IMG/VR virus record: IMGVR_UViG_3300017963_000256
Length of the DNA: 20,000 nucleotides
Reading direction: 5' to 3' (one strand)
DNA from: an uncultured virus (IMG/VR IMGVR_UViG_3300017963_000256)
Taxonomy: Duplodnaviria; Heunggongvirae; Uroviricota; Caudoviricetes
Positions 1 through 7,571 of this stretch are shown piece after piece. Within the stretch, counting starts at the first letter, position 1; the number at the start of each line of letters is the position of its first letter. Under the pieces are notes generated by a model. The model made no database searches and was not told the origin of the DNA. It saw only the letters and a list, made by a program, of their open reading frames with translations. The position numbers and the translations under genes were made by a program.

Positions 1-654
1 ATCATCAACAACTTCCTCGTCCTGTGATCCATTGTCAACGAAAACTTCTTCGCTATCATCGTCGTCGTTATCCTCAGGTTCTTCGCCGTCTTCATTCATA
101 TCAAAAGAAAACGATCTATACCCTTGGGGAGACCTTCTGTAGCCGTCGTCATCGGCATACGGGGCTGAACTGACAAGATCCCACGCTGAATTGCAATCGA
201 CGCCCTGAATCCAGACCCGAAAATCTTCTTCAGAACGCACACGGATGGTCAATTCCAAAGTGTCCCCGTCTTCAGCATCATACAGATACACTTCAGCTAG
301 ATAATCATCCAATTCAAACGTATCACCATCTGGATCCCACGCCATATCGCCCGGTTCTAACTCGTAATAATTGTCATAATCGTCGAGATCGCCTCTGATT
401 TCTACTTCATCGGCATCCCCTTCCACCATGCATTTGACATGAAGAAAGTCGCTACCATCCCCGCGATAACGGATTTCTACACGGATATCCACGTACCCAT
501 CCGTATAGAATTCCAGTTCATCACGGTCGTCCACATCTTCCCACTCATAGTCCGTCTTTGCGGATCGAACCTCAACACTGACAATCTCAACCCGCGCCAA
601 AACCGTCGTGGTCATGAAAAGCATAACCGTCACTGCTATCAGCCATCGCAACAT
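1..654 (-). CDS. Secreted, very acidic protein with Sec-type signal peptide; partial, runs off the left edge; missing from the supplied ORF track
   Basis: Manual translation from ATG at 654, with SD-like AAAGGGGG upstream: MLRWLIAVTVMLFMTTTVLA/RVEIVSVEVRSAKTDYEWEDVDDRDELEFY...GEEPEDNDDDDSEEVFVDNGSQDEEVVDD. The frame is open for 218 codons to position 1. The N-terminus is hydrophobic and ends in V-L-A. Confidence 0.85.
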   Translation of the reverse strand, partial: MLRWLIAVTVMLFMTTTVLARVEIVSVEVRSAKTDYEWEDVDDRDELEFYTDGYVDIRVEIRYRGDGSDFLHVKCMVEGDADEVEIRGDLDDYDNYYELEPGDMAWDPDGDTFELDDYLAEVYLYDAEDGDTLELTIRVRSEEDFRVWIQGVDCNSAWDLVSSAPYADDDGYRRSPQGYRSFSFDMNEDGEEPEDNDDDDSEEVFVDNGSQDEEVVDD

Positions 655-724
655 GGGACTATCCCCCTTTCGGAGACCTTAAAAAAATTGAAAAAAGACA
701 CCAAAGCCATCCACGGCTTACTAA

Positions 725-752
725 CTATTATACGTAATTTTCCTCGAATCTC
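725..752 (-). promoter_or_regulatory. Putative promoter GAGATTCG-N9-ACGTATAATAG
   Basis: Intergenic, downstream of a terminator and upstream of the CDS starting at 654. Contains TATAAT. The same motif and spacing occur at 6097-6124. Confidence 0.65.
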
Positions 753-844
753 GATAAAAAAATGCTTTTCTACAGTCGATGTCAAGAGAAAAATCATTTT
801 TTTAAAAATACTTTACAACCTATCTTACCATCATAGCAATACTA

Positions 845-874
845 ATAAAAAAGCCCCACCCGAAGGTGAGGCTT
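845..874 (-). terminator. Rho-independent terminator with UUCG tetraloop
   Basis: Minus strand reads AAGCCTCACC-TTCG-GGTGGGGCTT followed by TTTTATT. Confidence 0.85.
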
Positions 875-932
875 GAAAAAATCTTTAAAAAAATCTTGGT
901 TTTCAGAGGGAAAAGCTTATTTTGAAGCCCCT

Positions 933-1211
933 CTAACATCGATCAAAGGCGAGACCATCTGCCCATTGGTGACAATCACTTTGTCCCCAACTCCCGTCTT
1001 CCAAAGCATCTTTTGCCATTTAACGAACATATTCCGATTCATTGGACATCTTACGTACTTTTTCCATTTCTTCGGTGGAAATAGATGCATTGTAAGCGGA
1101 AAAAATAAAGAATCCAACAATAGCCGCAATGACCACAAGAACAATCCCAATATATACAATTAAACCAAGATCGGGCGGATCGTTCCAAATCGCCTTAAAC
1201 AGTTTGCGCAT
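933..1211 (-). pseudogene. Membrane-anchored paralogue-family gene, apparently interrupted by an in-frame TAA at 1020-1022
   Basis: The 63-aa ORF (TM helix + SISTEEMEKVRKMSNESEYVR*) continues in frame as MAKDALEDG. This aligns with the paralogue segment KQPYLKYMVVDYVQEDG. The next stop is TAG at 933-935. Confidence 0.5.
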
Positions 1212-1452
1212 TTACTTTCTCCTTCGCTTTTCTTTTTATATATCTGCCTACACGCTTCCAACCTTCATTATCCGATTTAATCAGTAATTTTGGATCTTCG
1301 TTGCAAGATTTGCATACAAAAAACCCATACAGCCCTAATGAATACATGTGAGCAGCCTTATTCTCACACAAGCAACGACCACCAAGCGAAACTCCGTCAT
1401 AAGTCACTCTGAGTTTTACTTTCTTCCCTTGACAATAACAGTGCATATTCAA
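1195..1452 (-). CDS. Small Cys-rich, putative metal-binding hypothetical protein
   Basis: 85 aa with CYC, CLC and CKSC motifs; ATGA overlap with the upstream gene. Confidence 0.7.
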   Translation of the reverse strand: MNMHCYCQGKKVKLRVTYDGVSLGGRCLCENKAAHMYSLGLYGFFVCKSCNEDPKLLIKSDNEGWKRVGRYIKRKAKEKVNAQTV

Positions 1453-1799
1453 TCTCCAGTTAAATTCTCGACATCATTTCCAGAGGCATCTTTAATCTCT
1501 TCACCGTAAACATTCGACAGCATATACGTCCGTTTAATCTCTGTAAACTCTTCGGCATCGATTGTCTTATCAAATTCCATGGCCTCCACCACCAAAGGTT
1601 TCAAAGACGGCATTTCTTTGACCATCTGATTCACTTCTTTATATTGCTCTTCTGTAATCGATCTTCTCCCCAAGGTGGCTGAAAACAAAATTCCACCAAA
1701 AAAAATAATTAACGTACTTACCAATACTATAGGGAAAATATCCTTCCCACGAAACCAATCCCTAATATATTTGAAAGCATATGATAAGTTTAATGTCAT
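1449..1799 (-). CDS. Single-TM membrane protein, local paralogue family
   Basis: Start moved to ATG 1799, just after the upstream stop at 1801. TM helix IFPIVLVSTLIIFFGGILF, then SITEEQYKEVNQMVKEMPSLKPLVVEAM. Confidence 0.8.
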   Translation of the reverse strand: MTLNLSYAFKYIRDWFRGKDIFPIVLVSTLIIFFGGILFSATLGRRSITEEQYKEVNQMVKEMPSLKPLVVEAMEFDKTIDAEEFTEIKRTYMLSNVYGEEIKDASGNDVENLTGD

Positions 1800-1800
1800 A

Positions 1801-2154
1801 TCAATCGCCGGAAGTTTCTTTTGGAACCTTCCCCTCATAAACAAATGGCAGTCTTGCTTTATTCTTTATCAACTTGAAATGTTTCACCAAAATTGTTCCG
1901 TCTTCCTGCACATAATCCACAACCATATACTTCAAATACGGCTGTTTCTCAATCAGTTGATTCAATTCAATGTACTGTTCGTCTGATATCGTCGCAGTGT
2001 CATGATAAATTGCGAAAAATAAGACACTGAACATAACAATGATAATAGACGCAATGATAAACGCCTCATGCCTTATGATACGAGATGCCCGTGAAAGCCC
2101 TCTATCCTTGACCCATTTAAAGAAATGAGAAATTTTTAAGGTTGGATCTAACAT
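1801..2154 (-). CDS. Single-TM membrane protein, local paralogue family
   Basis: TM helix AFIIASIIIVMFSVLFFAIY, then TISDEQYIELNQLIEKQPYLKYMVVDYVQEDG; GAGG upstream of the start. Confidence 0.8.
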   Translation of the reverse strand: MLDPTLKISHFFKWVKDRGLSRASRIIRHEAFIIASIIIVMFSVLFFAIYHDTATISDEQYIELNQLIEKQPYLKYMVVDYVQEDGTILVKHFKLIKNKARLPFVYEGKVPKETSGD

Positions 2155-2369
2155 ACCTCGATTTTCTCCTTCTTCTTTTTATCTTCTTCCTCTTTTTGGA
2201 CTTTGCCAGCGGCAATCGCCACAATAAGGATGAAAGGCACTGAAACAGCACCAAAGGCTGCCATATATGCACCATCCTTGGAAATAGCCTCAAACAATCC
2301 AAGAACAAGAAATATAAAAGCAGCAAAACACGAAATCAAACAAATCTGCGGTAAAAGAAACTTATGCAT
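2148..2369 (-). CDS. Small two-TM membrane protein with charged C-terminus
   Basis: Two hydrophobic helices and a KEEEDKKKKEK tail; SD AAGGAG upstream. Confidence 0.75.
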   Translation of the reverse strand: MHKFLLPQICLISCFAAFIFLVLGLFEAISKDGAYMAAFGAVSVPFILIVAIAAGKVQKEEEDKKKKEKIEVC

Positions 2370-2378
2370 CTCTTCTCC

Positions 2379-2840
2379 TTACATGTGAATGATAATGACC
2401 TTGTTTTCCTTCAGCAGTTTGCTGAGATGCTGACGACCACGATCAATGCTCTCTTCTTCCTCTTCGTCTGCAGCGTAAGTGCATCCCCAATTGTCGGCAA
2501 GATTCTCAAACCGATGATCATCTTCCGAAAAGACAACTTCCGCTTCATCGTCGAAAATCGCAACCTGATCCGATTCATCAACCACGATGAAAGAGTTGTT
2601 GGCGTACAGATTCAGTTCCTCTTCCGGTTCGTTGCTGTTTTCCCATCCATCTGAATAGGCAGTCGCCTGACCCTCTACCTCAATGGTGGCTTCCAGTTCG
2701 CCGTTACCATCGACGGAAGCAGCCTTATTCCAAGGGAAAGGACGGCTTTCGAGGTCTTCCAGTTTGCCAAAGATTTCTTCGGCATCTTCTTTGGGCAGAA
2801 TACGAACGCTCGTATACTCAGTCAAAAACTGTGCTTTCAT
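2379..2840 (-). CDS. Acidic hypothetical protein
   Basis: 153 aa; SD AAAGGAG upstream; fits the gene tiling. Confidence 0.8.
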   Translation of the reverse strand: MKAQFLTEYTSVRILPKEDAEEIFGKLEDLESRPFPWNKAASVDGNGELEATIEVEGQATAYSDGWENSNEPEEELNLYANNSFIVVDESDQVAIFDDEAEVVFSEDDHRFENLADNWGCTYAADEEEEESIDRGRQHLSKLLKENKVIIIHM

Positions 2841-2858
2841 CTGTTTACTCCTTTTTGG

Positions 2859-3188
2859 TTACTGGATTTCCTGATTCCAACGCAGGCTCTTGGCTTTGTT
2901 CCGAACTTCAGAACACAGGGCGCTGTTATCTTCAACTTCCCGCAGAACCCACAGGACAGACTTCTTCCATGTCTGGAGTTTCTCCAGTTGTTCTTCGGCA
3001 TCAGTTTTTTCTTTGTTCTGCTCCGACACCAGCTGAGTGTACAGTTCGAAGATGATAGGAATGACTTCCTGCATCGAAACTTGGGTAGGAGCACAGTTCT
3101 GCTCTTTCTGCCAATCCTGAATGGCAGTCATCAGATCGTCAGGAGCGTCACTGTACTTTTCGATCAGTTTCTTCAGATTTATTTTCAT
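2859..3188 (-). CDS. Hypothetical helical or coiled-coil protein
   Basis: Probable start MKINLKKL at 3188 with AAGGA upstream; 109 aa. Confidence 0.65.
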   Translation of the reverse strand: MKINLKKLIEKYSDAPDDLMTAIQDWQKEQNCAPTQVSMQEVIPIIFELYTQLVSEQNKEKTDAEEQLEKLQTWKKSVLWVLREVEDNSALCSEVRNKAKSLRWNQEIQ

Positions 3189-3495
3189 TTTCAATTTCCT
3201 TGGTCGTTTTATTTTCTTCATCGAAATCATATTTGGTTTCGATTTCTTTTTCCAGCCTTTTATCAATTTCTTCCCGCAAGGCTTTCAAAAACTTCACAGT
3301 CCAACACCCTTCCAACTGCTCCATCAATTGAACTGCCGCTTTTTCATGCTGTTCGTAATCTTCTTCCGAATACTGCTTCACATCATGCATCCAGACATCT
3401 TCCAGATGATCATAACGCTCAAACATATGAATAAGCATTACACTATTCTTGCTTATTCGGATCGGTTCCCGAATTATCTCTTTCTGTATCGACAT
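3148..3495 (-). CDS. Hypothetical protein
   Basis: 115 aa; SD-like TAAGGGG upstream; short overlaps with both neighbours. Confidence 0.7.
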   Translation of the reverse strand: MSIQKEIIREPIRISKNSVMLIHMFERYDHLEDVWMHDVKQYSEEDYEQHEKAAVQLMEQLEGCWTVKFLKALREEIDKRLEKEIETKYDFDEENKTTKEIENENKSEETDRKVQ

Positions 3496-3877
3496 CTTTC
3501 AAACCCCTTATGACCGGTAGTCGTTTGTATTCTTTTCTGATAACTATCATTGTGTTTCTATCAATACCTTTTTTGCAATATCCATACACGTTCTCACAGT
3601 ATTCAGGACGTTCTTTTAACATCTCAGCAATTTCAAAAATGTATTTATTCTCTAGTCCTGTAATCCCTCTTTTCTGCATAGAATTATGAATCTTCATGAA
3701 ACTGTTAACGACAGGCTTCATTTCCGGTTGATCTTTGATCAAAACAGCAATTCTGTCGTACTCTTCTTTGCCAATTTCGTGGATGTACGTAAAAAGAGTT
3801 ACCAGACCCCAAAAAATCAAAAGAACAAAAATCGCCAAGAATGTGAGTGGTAAAATCGCTTCTTTTGCATCATTCAT
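3443..3877 (-). CDS. Single-TM membrane protein, more distant member of the local paralogue family
   Basis: N-terminal TM helix, then EIGKEEYDRIAVLIKDQPEMKPVVNSFM, which resembles the 1449 and 1801 proteins. Confidence 0.75.
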   Translation of the reverse strand: MNDAKEAILPLTFLAIFVLLIFWGLVTLFTYIHEIGKEEYDRIAVLIKDQPEMKPVVNSFMKIHNSMQKRGITGLENKYIFEIAEMLKERPEYCENVYGYCKKGIDRNTMIVIRKEYKRLPVIRGLKDVDTERDNSGTDPNKQE

Positions 3878-4155
3878 TTATTTTCTCCCAACTTCTTAAC
3901 TAACTGATCCATCGCCTCTATAATAGGCATGGACTCCCATTTTCTTTTTTCCATGACTGCCAACATCTCACAAGGACCCAAACCGCCACGCTCTGCCAAC
4001 CGCTGTAATGTCTGACCGCCATGATTCCGTTTTGCCGTCTCTTCATCCAATAATTCCATCGAAACAGAATCCGGATACTTCCAGAGATCAGTCCGTAGTT
4101 TCCTTTTGTTAAAATAATCGATAAGAATTGGCATTTCTTTGTACATGTTTTTCAC
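3874..4155 (-). CDS. Hypothetical protein
   Basis: 93 aa containing AKRNHGGQTLQRLAERGGL; 4-nt overlaps on both sides. Confidence 0.75.
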   Translation of the reverse strand: MKNMYKEMPILIDYFNKRKLRTDLWKYPDSVSMELLDEETAKRNHGGQTLQRLAERGGLGPCEMLAVMEKRKWESMPIIEAMDQLVKKLGENK

Positions 4156-4460
4156 TTATATAATTTCAGTTCTTTGAAAAAAGGATCCCACTCTTTCCGT
4201 GGCTTAAACACCATAGCCACTTCCTGATTCCCCAAAGTGGATTCCGTAATAACCCTATGATCCTTTAAAAAAGATGCTCTCAAATACTCTGATTTATCGA
4301 CTTTGCATACAACCTTCTTGAACGACACTTCCATCCATTCCTGAACGTCCCTGTCATCAAACCATTCAAGATATGCAATCAGAGAGGCATGCGCTACTGC
4401 AACAATCGCATTCCCCACCGGAATATCATCTTTAACCAGAATATACATTTTCATCTTCAT
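4152..4460 (-). CDS. Peptidyl-tRNA hydrolase, PTH2 family
   Basis: KMYILVKDDIPVGNAIVAVAHASL...W...FKKVVCKV...ITE matches the PTH2 pattern (initial strand, AHA helix, W, KKVV strand); length about 100 aa fits the family. Confidence 0.75.
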   Translation of the reverse strand: MKMKMYILVKDDIPVGNAIVAVAHASLIAYLEWFDDRDVQEWMEVSFKKVVCKVDKSEYLRASFLKDHRVITESTLGNQEVAMVFKPRKEWDPFFKELKLYK

Positions 4461-5092
4461 CCCTTAATAATTTTATTTAATGATTCTTTCGTGTTCTTAA
4501 TCAAATCCGGTGACACGTTAGTGTAATGGTCCTTGCTGTACCAGTCCGTATCCACCAGAGGCAAAAATACCTCTGCCAATTTAACGGGGTTTTTCTGAAG
4601 TTTGTCGTCATCAGGATTGCTGAAATTATAATGATAATCATTGTCGCCATGATGAAAACGAACGAATTTCTTCAAAACATCCGCATCGAATTTGCCGTGA
4701 TTTTCAGGAATTTCTTCCCCATACAATCCGCCGCCAACACCCGTTACCATGGATTCCATAAAAGAATGGAAAAACATGGAAGCAAATCTTTCATAAATGC
4801 TTTCCTCTTTTTCCTCCACCTTTTCACGCGGAACTTCATGAATCCTGTCCGCTTCTTCCGCTTTCTTCGTGGAAACTTTCAGCAGTTCACGGTAACGTTT
4901 CTTCTCTTTGACAGGCGGATCATCCGAAGAGAATTCATCATTGAAATGTTCAACGCACATGAAAATACTACCAACACGAACCATGTATCTGTGAACCGAA
5001 TCACAAATGACACAACTCGCATTAGGAACAACATGAACACTTTTTCTTTCAATGTTCGCCAGTACGTCAATCCATTTCGAAAGTTCGCTCAT
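4457..5092 (-). CDS. Hypothetical protein with N-terminal CxxC/CxxH zinc-finger-like motif
   Basis: Start MSELSKW at 5092 after GGAGGAG; contains CVIC...CVEH. Confidence 0.75.
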   Translation of the reverse strand: MSELSKWIDVLANIERKSVHVVPNASCVICDSVHRYMVRVGSIFMCVEHFNDEFSSDDPPVKEKKRYRELLKVSTKKAEEADRIHEVPREKVEEKEESIYERFASMFFHSFMESMVTGVGGGLYGEEIPENHGKFDADVLKKFVRFHHGDNDYHYNFSNPDDDKLQKNPVKLAEVFLPLVDTDWYSKDHYTNVSPDLIKNTKESLNKIIKG

Positions 5093-5105
5093 TTCTCCTC
5101 CCAAA

Positions 5106-5429
5106 TCAGTTCATATAAGGATCAGCATCCTCTTCGCCAGTATCCATCTCATGTTCTTCGTATTCGCCAGATGCCATAGCTTTCAGCAGAGTGCAACATT
5201 CAAGACAGACAACAAAAGACACCTGTGAGTCGGGCAGCTTTAAGACAATTCTCCTGAACGAAAGAGGCTGAACAGCGGCTTGCAGATCCCCTTCCTGTTC
5301 TGGTCCATCCGGTTTCCTGATGATAATACTTTCCGAACCAACCTTACGTTTGCAAATTCTGCAATTAAACGACAGTTCACCTTCTTGCGCATCCTCTTTC
5401 GAAAAAGTCGTAAATTCCAATGTCCGCAT
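5106..5429 (-). CDS. Small zinc-ribbon-like protein
   Basis: Start MRTLEF after AAGGGG; CRIC...CLEC pairs; acidic tail. Confidence 0.7.
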   Translation of the reverse strand: MRTLEFTTFSKEDAQEGELSFNCRICKRKVGSESIIIRKPDGPEQEGDLQAAVQPLSFRRIVLKLPDSQVSFVVCLECCTLLKAMASGEYEEHEMDTGEEDADPYMN

Positions 5430-5439
5430 CACATTCCCC

Positions 5440-5946
5440 TTATCCAGTAAGAGTTTCAGAGTCATATGTCACTGTTCGCTTGAGAAGACGAAACCCAGTA
5501 ACATCTATTTTAGTACGCCTGCCAATGCATCCTTCGGGCTGTTCCTTTTCAAAAGCACGCGCCCGCTTCATCATAAATTCAAGCTGTTCATCCGTAGGAC
5601 GATCATAAAAACTGATACCTACAGACAAATAAGCAGGATATTTATCTTTTTTATCCGGACCTTCACCATCCCGATAATGTTTGCCCATCCCATCATTCCA
5701 CCAACCGGGAGTCGGTTCAATATGGACTATCGTATCATGCTCTGCGTCAGGATGACGATATGAATTGTTCAAAAGATCATCAAACCACTGAACAGGCTTC
5801 AGTTTCACACATTCGTCAGCGTATCCGAGGGTCCATTCATGGAAGTATTCTTCTTTTCTTCCTGTACACCATGCGCAAAGTTCACGCTCGAAATAACCCG
5901 CATACTGCTCTGTGTCAATGACGAAAATGTACGTTGAATAACCCAT
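5440..5946 (-). CDS. Hypothetical protein
   Basis: Start MGYSTYIFVIDT at 5946, after AAGGGA and the upstream stop; 168 aa. Confidence 0.8.
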   Translation of the reverse strand: MGYSTYIFVIDTEQYAGYFERELCAWCTGRKEEYFHEWTLGYADECVKLKPVQWFDDLLNNSYRHPDAEHDTIVHIEPTPGWWNDGMGKHYRDGEGPDKKDKYPAYLSVGISFYDRPTDEQLEFMMKRARAFEKEQPEGCIGRRTKIDVTGFRLLKRTVTYDSETLTG

Positions 5947-5954
5947 GTTTTCCC

Positions 5955-6083
5955 TTACGATGCCATTGCGCTGATTGCCGCAAAAATCCATTTCACAACA
6001 CTCATCACCATGATAATAATGAAAAGCCAAACCGGAATGTGTCCGGATAATGTCAATGCAAATGCTAAAAGACTGACTCTCAT
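5955..6083 (-). CDS. 42-aa hydrophobic membrane peptide, below the ORF-track cutoff
   Basis: AGGAGG SD, then ATG at 6083: MRVSLLAFALTLSGHIPVWLFIIIMVMSVVKWIFAAISAMAS*. It is the first gene after the promoter motif. Confidence 0.75.
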   Translation of the reverse strand: MRVSLLAFALTLSGHIPVWLFIIIMVMSVVKWIFAAISAMAS

Positions 6084-6096
6084 AATTTCCTCCTGC

Positions 6097-6124
6097 CTAC
6101 TATACGTAAAAAATCCCGAATCTC
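6097..6124 (-). promoter_or_regulatory. Putative promoter GAGATTCG-N9-ACGTATAGTAG
   Basis: Second copy of the 725-752 motif with identical spacing, at the head of the gene run spanning 6083 to about 930. Confidence 0.65.
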
Positions 6125-6155
6125 ATAGAAATTCTCAAAATATTCTTAAATCATG

Positions 6156-6425
6156 CTACCGCCGTCGCTTACTCCGTTTCGCCTTGAATTCACCTTTCCG
6201 ACCACGGATCCATTTCAGATACTTCGACATATCTGGCTGTTTCAAAAGATCTTCAAACGACATCAAAGCCAGTTCTTTCTCCGTATATAAGGCATGAACC
6301 TGACGATGACACGTCTTACACGCAGGAACAGTATCATCATTCTTCCCACCACGGGATTTTGGCTTTATGTGATGCTTACTAGTGGACTTAACATCACGAA
6401 AACAAATTCCACATTGCTTTTCCAT
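6156..6425 (-). CDS. Small HNH endonuclease-family protein
   Basis: CGIC...HHIKPKSRGG...CKTCHRQVH is a zinc-binding HNH signature. Confidence 0.85.
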   Translation of the reverse strand: MEKQCGICFRDVKSTSKHHIKPKSRGGKNDDTVPACKTCHRQVHALYTEKELALMSFEDLLKQPDMSKYLKWIRGRKGEFKAKRSKRRR

Positions 6426-6431
6426 AGCTTC

Positions 6432-6463
6432 CTATTATACGTAAAAGTGAGGAAATTAGACAA
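6432..6463 (-). promoter_or_regulatory. Sigma70-like promoter TTGTCT-N18-TATAAT sharing the TTACGTATAATAG core
   Basis: -35 box at 6463-6458, -10 box at 6439-6434, 8 nt before the HNH ATG. Confidence 0.6.
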
Positions 6464-6496
6464 AAAAAAATCCCCACGATCCGAAAATCGCGGGGA
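6462..6496 (-). terminator. Rho-independent terminator
   Basis: Minus strand reads TCCCCGCGATT-TTCG-GATCGTGGGGA followed by a run of 9 T. Confidence 0.85.
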
Positions 6497-6521
6497 ATTT
6501 TAATATTTTCTACGTCTTAAA

Positions 6522-6713
6522 TCAGACGTTGCTTTTTTCAATAATGGTCGTGTCGTCCAAATCACTACCCAAATCTTCTCCAAAAACACGACGGTTGTAA
6601 CCGCGCATCGCTACCGAAATCGCGATCTCATCAATGGCGTCCGCTTCCTTGCGGCAATCCATCTGTTCCAGTTTTACAGCCAAATTAGCCATTTCCCTCA
6701 GTACTTCTTTCAT
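6522..6713 (-). CDS. Small helical hypothetical protein, monocistronic between two terminators
   Basis: Start MKEVLREMANLAVKLEQMDCRKEADAIDEIA at 6713 with GGAGG upstream; 63 aa. Confidence 0.7.
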   Translation of the reverse strand: MKEVLREMANLAVKLEQMDCRKEADAIDEIAISVAMRGYNRRVFGEDLGSDLDDTTIIEKSNV

Positions 6714-6828
6714 CCTACTCAAGCCTCCAATTAAAACATCCACTAAAGTAAACGAACACGTCATCTGCATATTCCGATTTATAACGATTAAACCTCGTTC
6801 AGTGTTCATTAATTTTTTTTACTCCATC

Positions 6829-6856
6829 AAAAAACCCCGCATACAACGCAGGGTTT
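6829..6856 (-). terminator. Rho-independent terminator ending the gene run that carries the NWY tag
   Basis: Minus strand reads AAACCCTGCGT-TGT-ATGCGGGGTTT followed by TTT. Confidence 0.8.
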
Positions 6857-6887
6857 ATGCCTTCTCTGATATATGGTATACATTACA

Positions 6888-7571
6888 TCAGGTGATTCCT
6901 GCATGAAATTTGTCAAATAACCTCTCATAGATGTTGTTCCAATCCGCATCAGGATACTTCTCCTTAGACTTCTCGCACAGGAACTTCGCCGCCTCCTCAC
7001 CTTGTTTTTCGTCCAAATTATAGTCGGGGTAAAGCTTTTTCATTTCCCGCATAATATTTTCATCAAGAGCAATATCATCATAAATCTTCTGTGGTAACTC
7101 AAAATCAGGCTTCTCAGACTTCTCAATGTCTTCTACCGTTAGATTGGGTTCCCAATTCTCCAACATTCTTTCTATAATGTCCTGAGTTACACCATGAGTA
7201 TTCCGCTTTGCCAACTCCTCTGCATCAAATCTCCACGGCGTCTCCGCTTCACGAATCTCGATCTCATAACCATTCTTCTTCGCCATATCCACATATTCTT
7301 TGGCTTCCCATGCCCGAACATTCGTATTGTCAATCACAACGGGAGAAATTCCTTTTTCTACTGCGTCCTGTGCCCTCTGACGAGTCCAATCATGGGCTTC
7401 CTGCATCTTGTCAGGAATAAACTCGTATTCCCCATCCTGTTCCCAAAAATCATCCGTACTCAATATAACGCCGCCTTCTCCAAGTTCTTTTGCCAACGTG
7501 GACTTCCCTGATCCAGAAACACCACGCATAATAATCATCTTTTTCTCTTGGGCGACTTTATACCAATTCAT
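6888..7571 (-). CDS. P-loop kinase (AAA_33 / N4BP2-like polynucleotide kinase family) with MNWYKVA tag
   Basis: Walker A motif MRGVSGSGKST, plus LSTDD, VVIDNTN and LAKRNTHGV, typical of N4BP2-like kinases; extra helical C-terminal region. Confidence 0.85.
   Translation of the reverse strand: MNWYKVAQEKKMIIMRGVSGSGKSTLAKELGEGGVILSTDDFWEQDGEYEFIPDKMQEAHDWTRQRAQDAVEKGISPVVIDNTNVRAWEAKEYVDMAKKNGYEIEIREAETPWRFDAEELAKRNTHGVTQDIIERMLENWEPNLTVEDIEKSEKPDFELPQKIYDDIALDENIMREMKKLYPDYNLDEKQGEEAAKFLCEKSKEKYPDADWNNIYERLFDKFHAGIT

Noticed and set aside
660..916. tRNA or structured ncRNA in the largest intergenic gap
   Set aside because: No cloverleaf or T-loop signature is visible. The gap is explained by a terminator, AT-rich DNA and a promoter motif.
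2837..3094. Alternative minus-strand ORFs overlapping called genes (2837-3094, 2117-2326, 4879-5070, 8592-8777, 11296-11493, 12294-12551, 18064-18267)
   Set aside because: They are out-of-frame overlaps of better-supported genes and have atypical composition.
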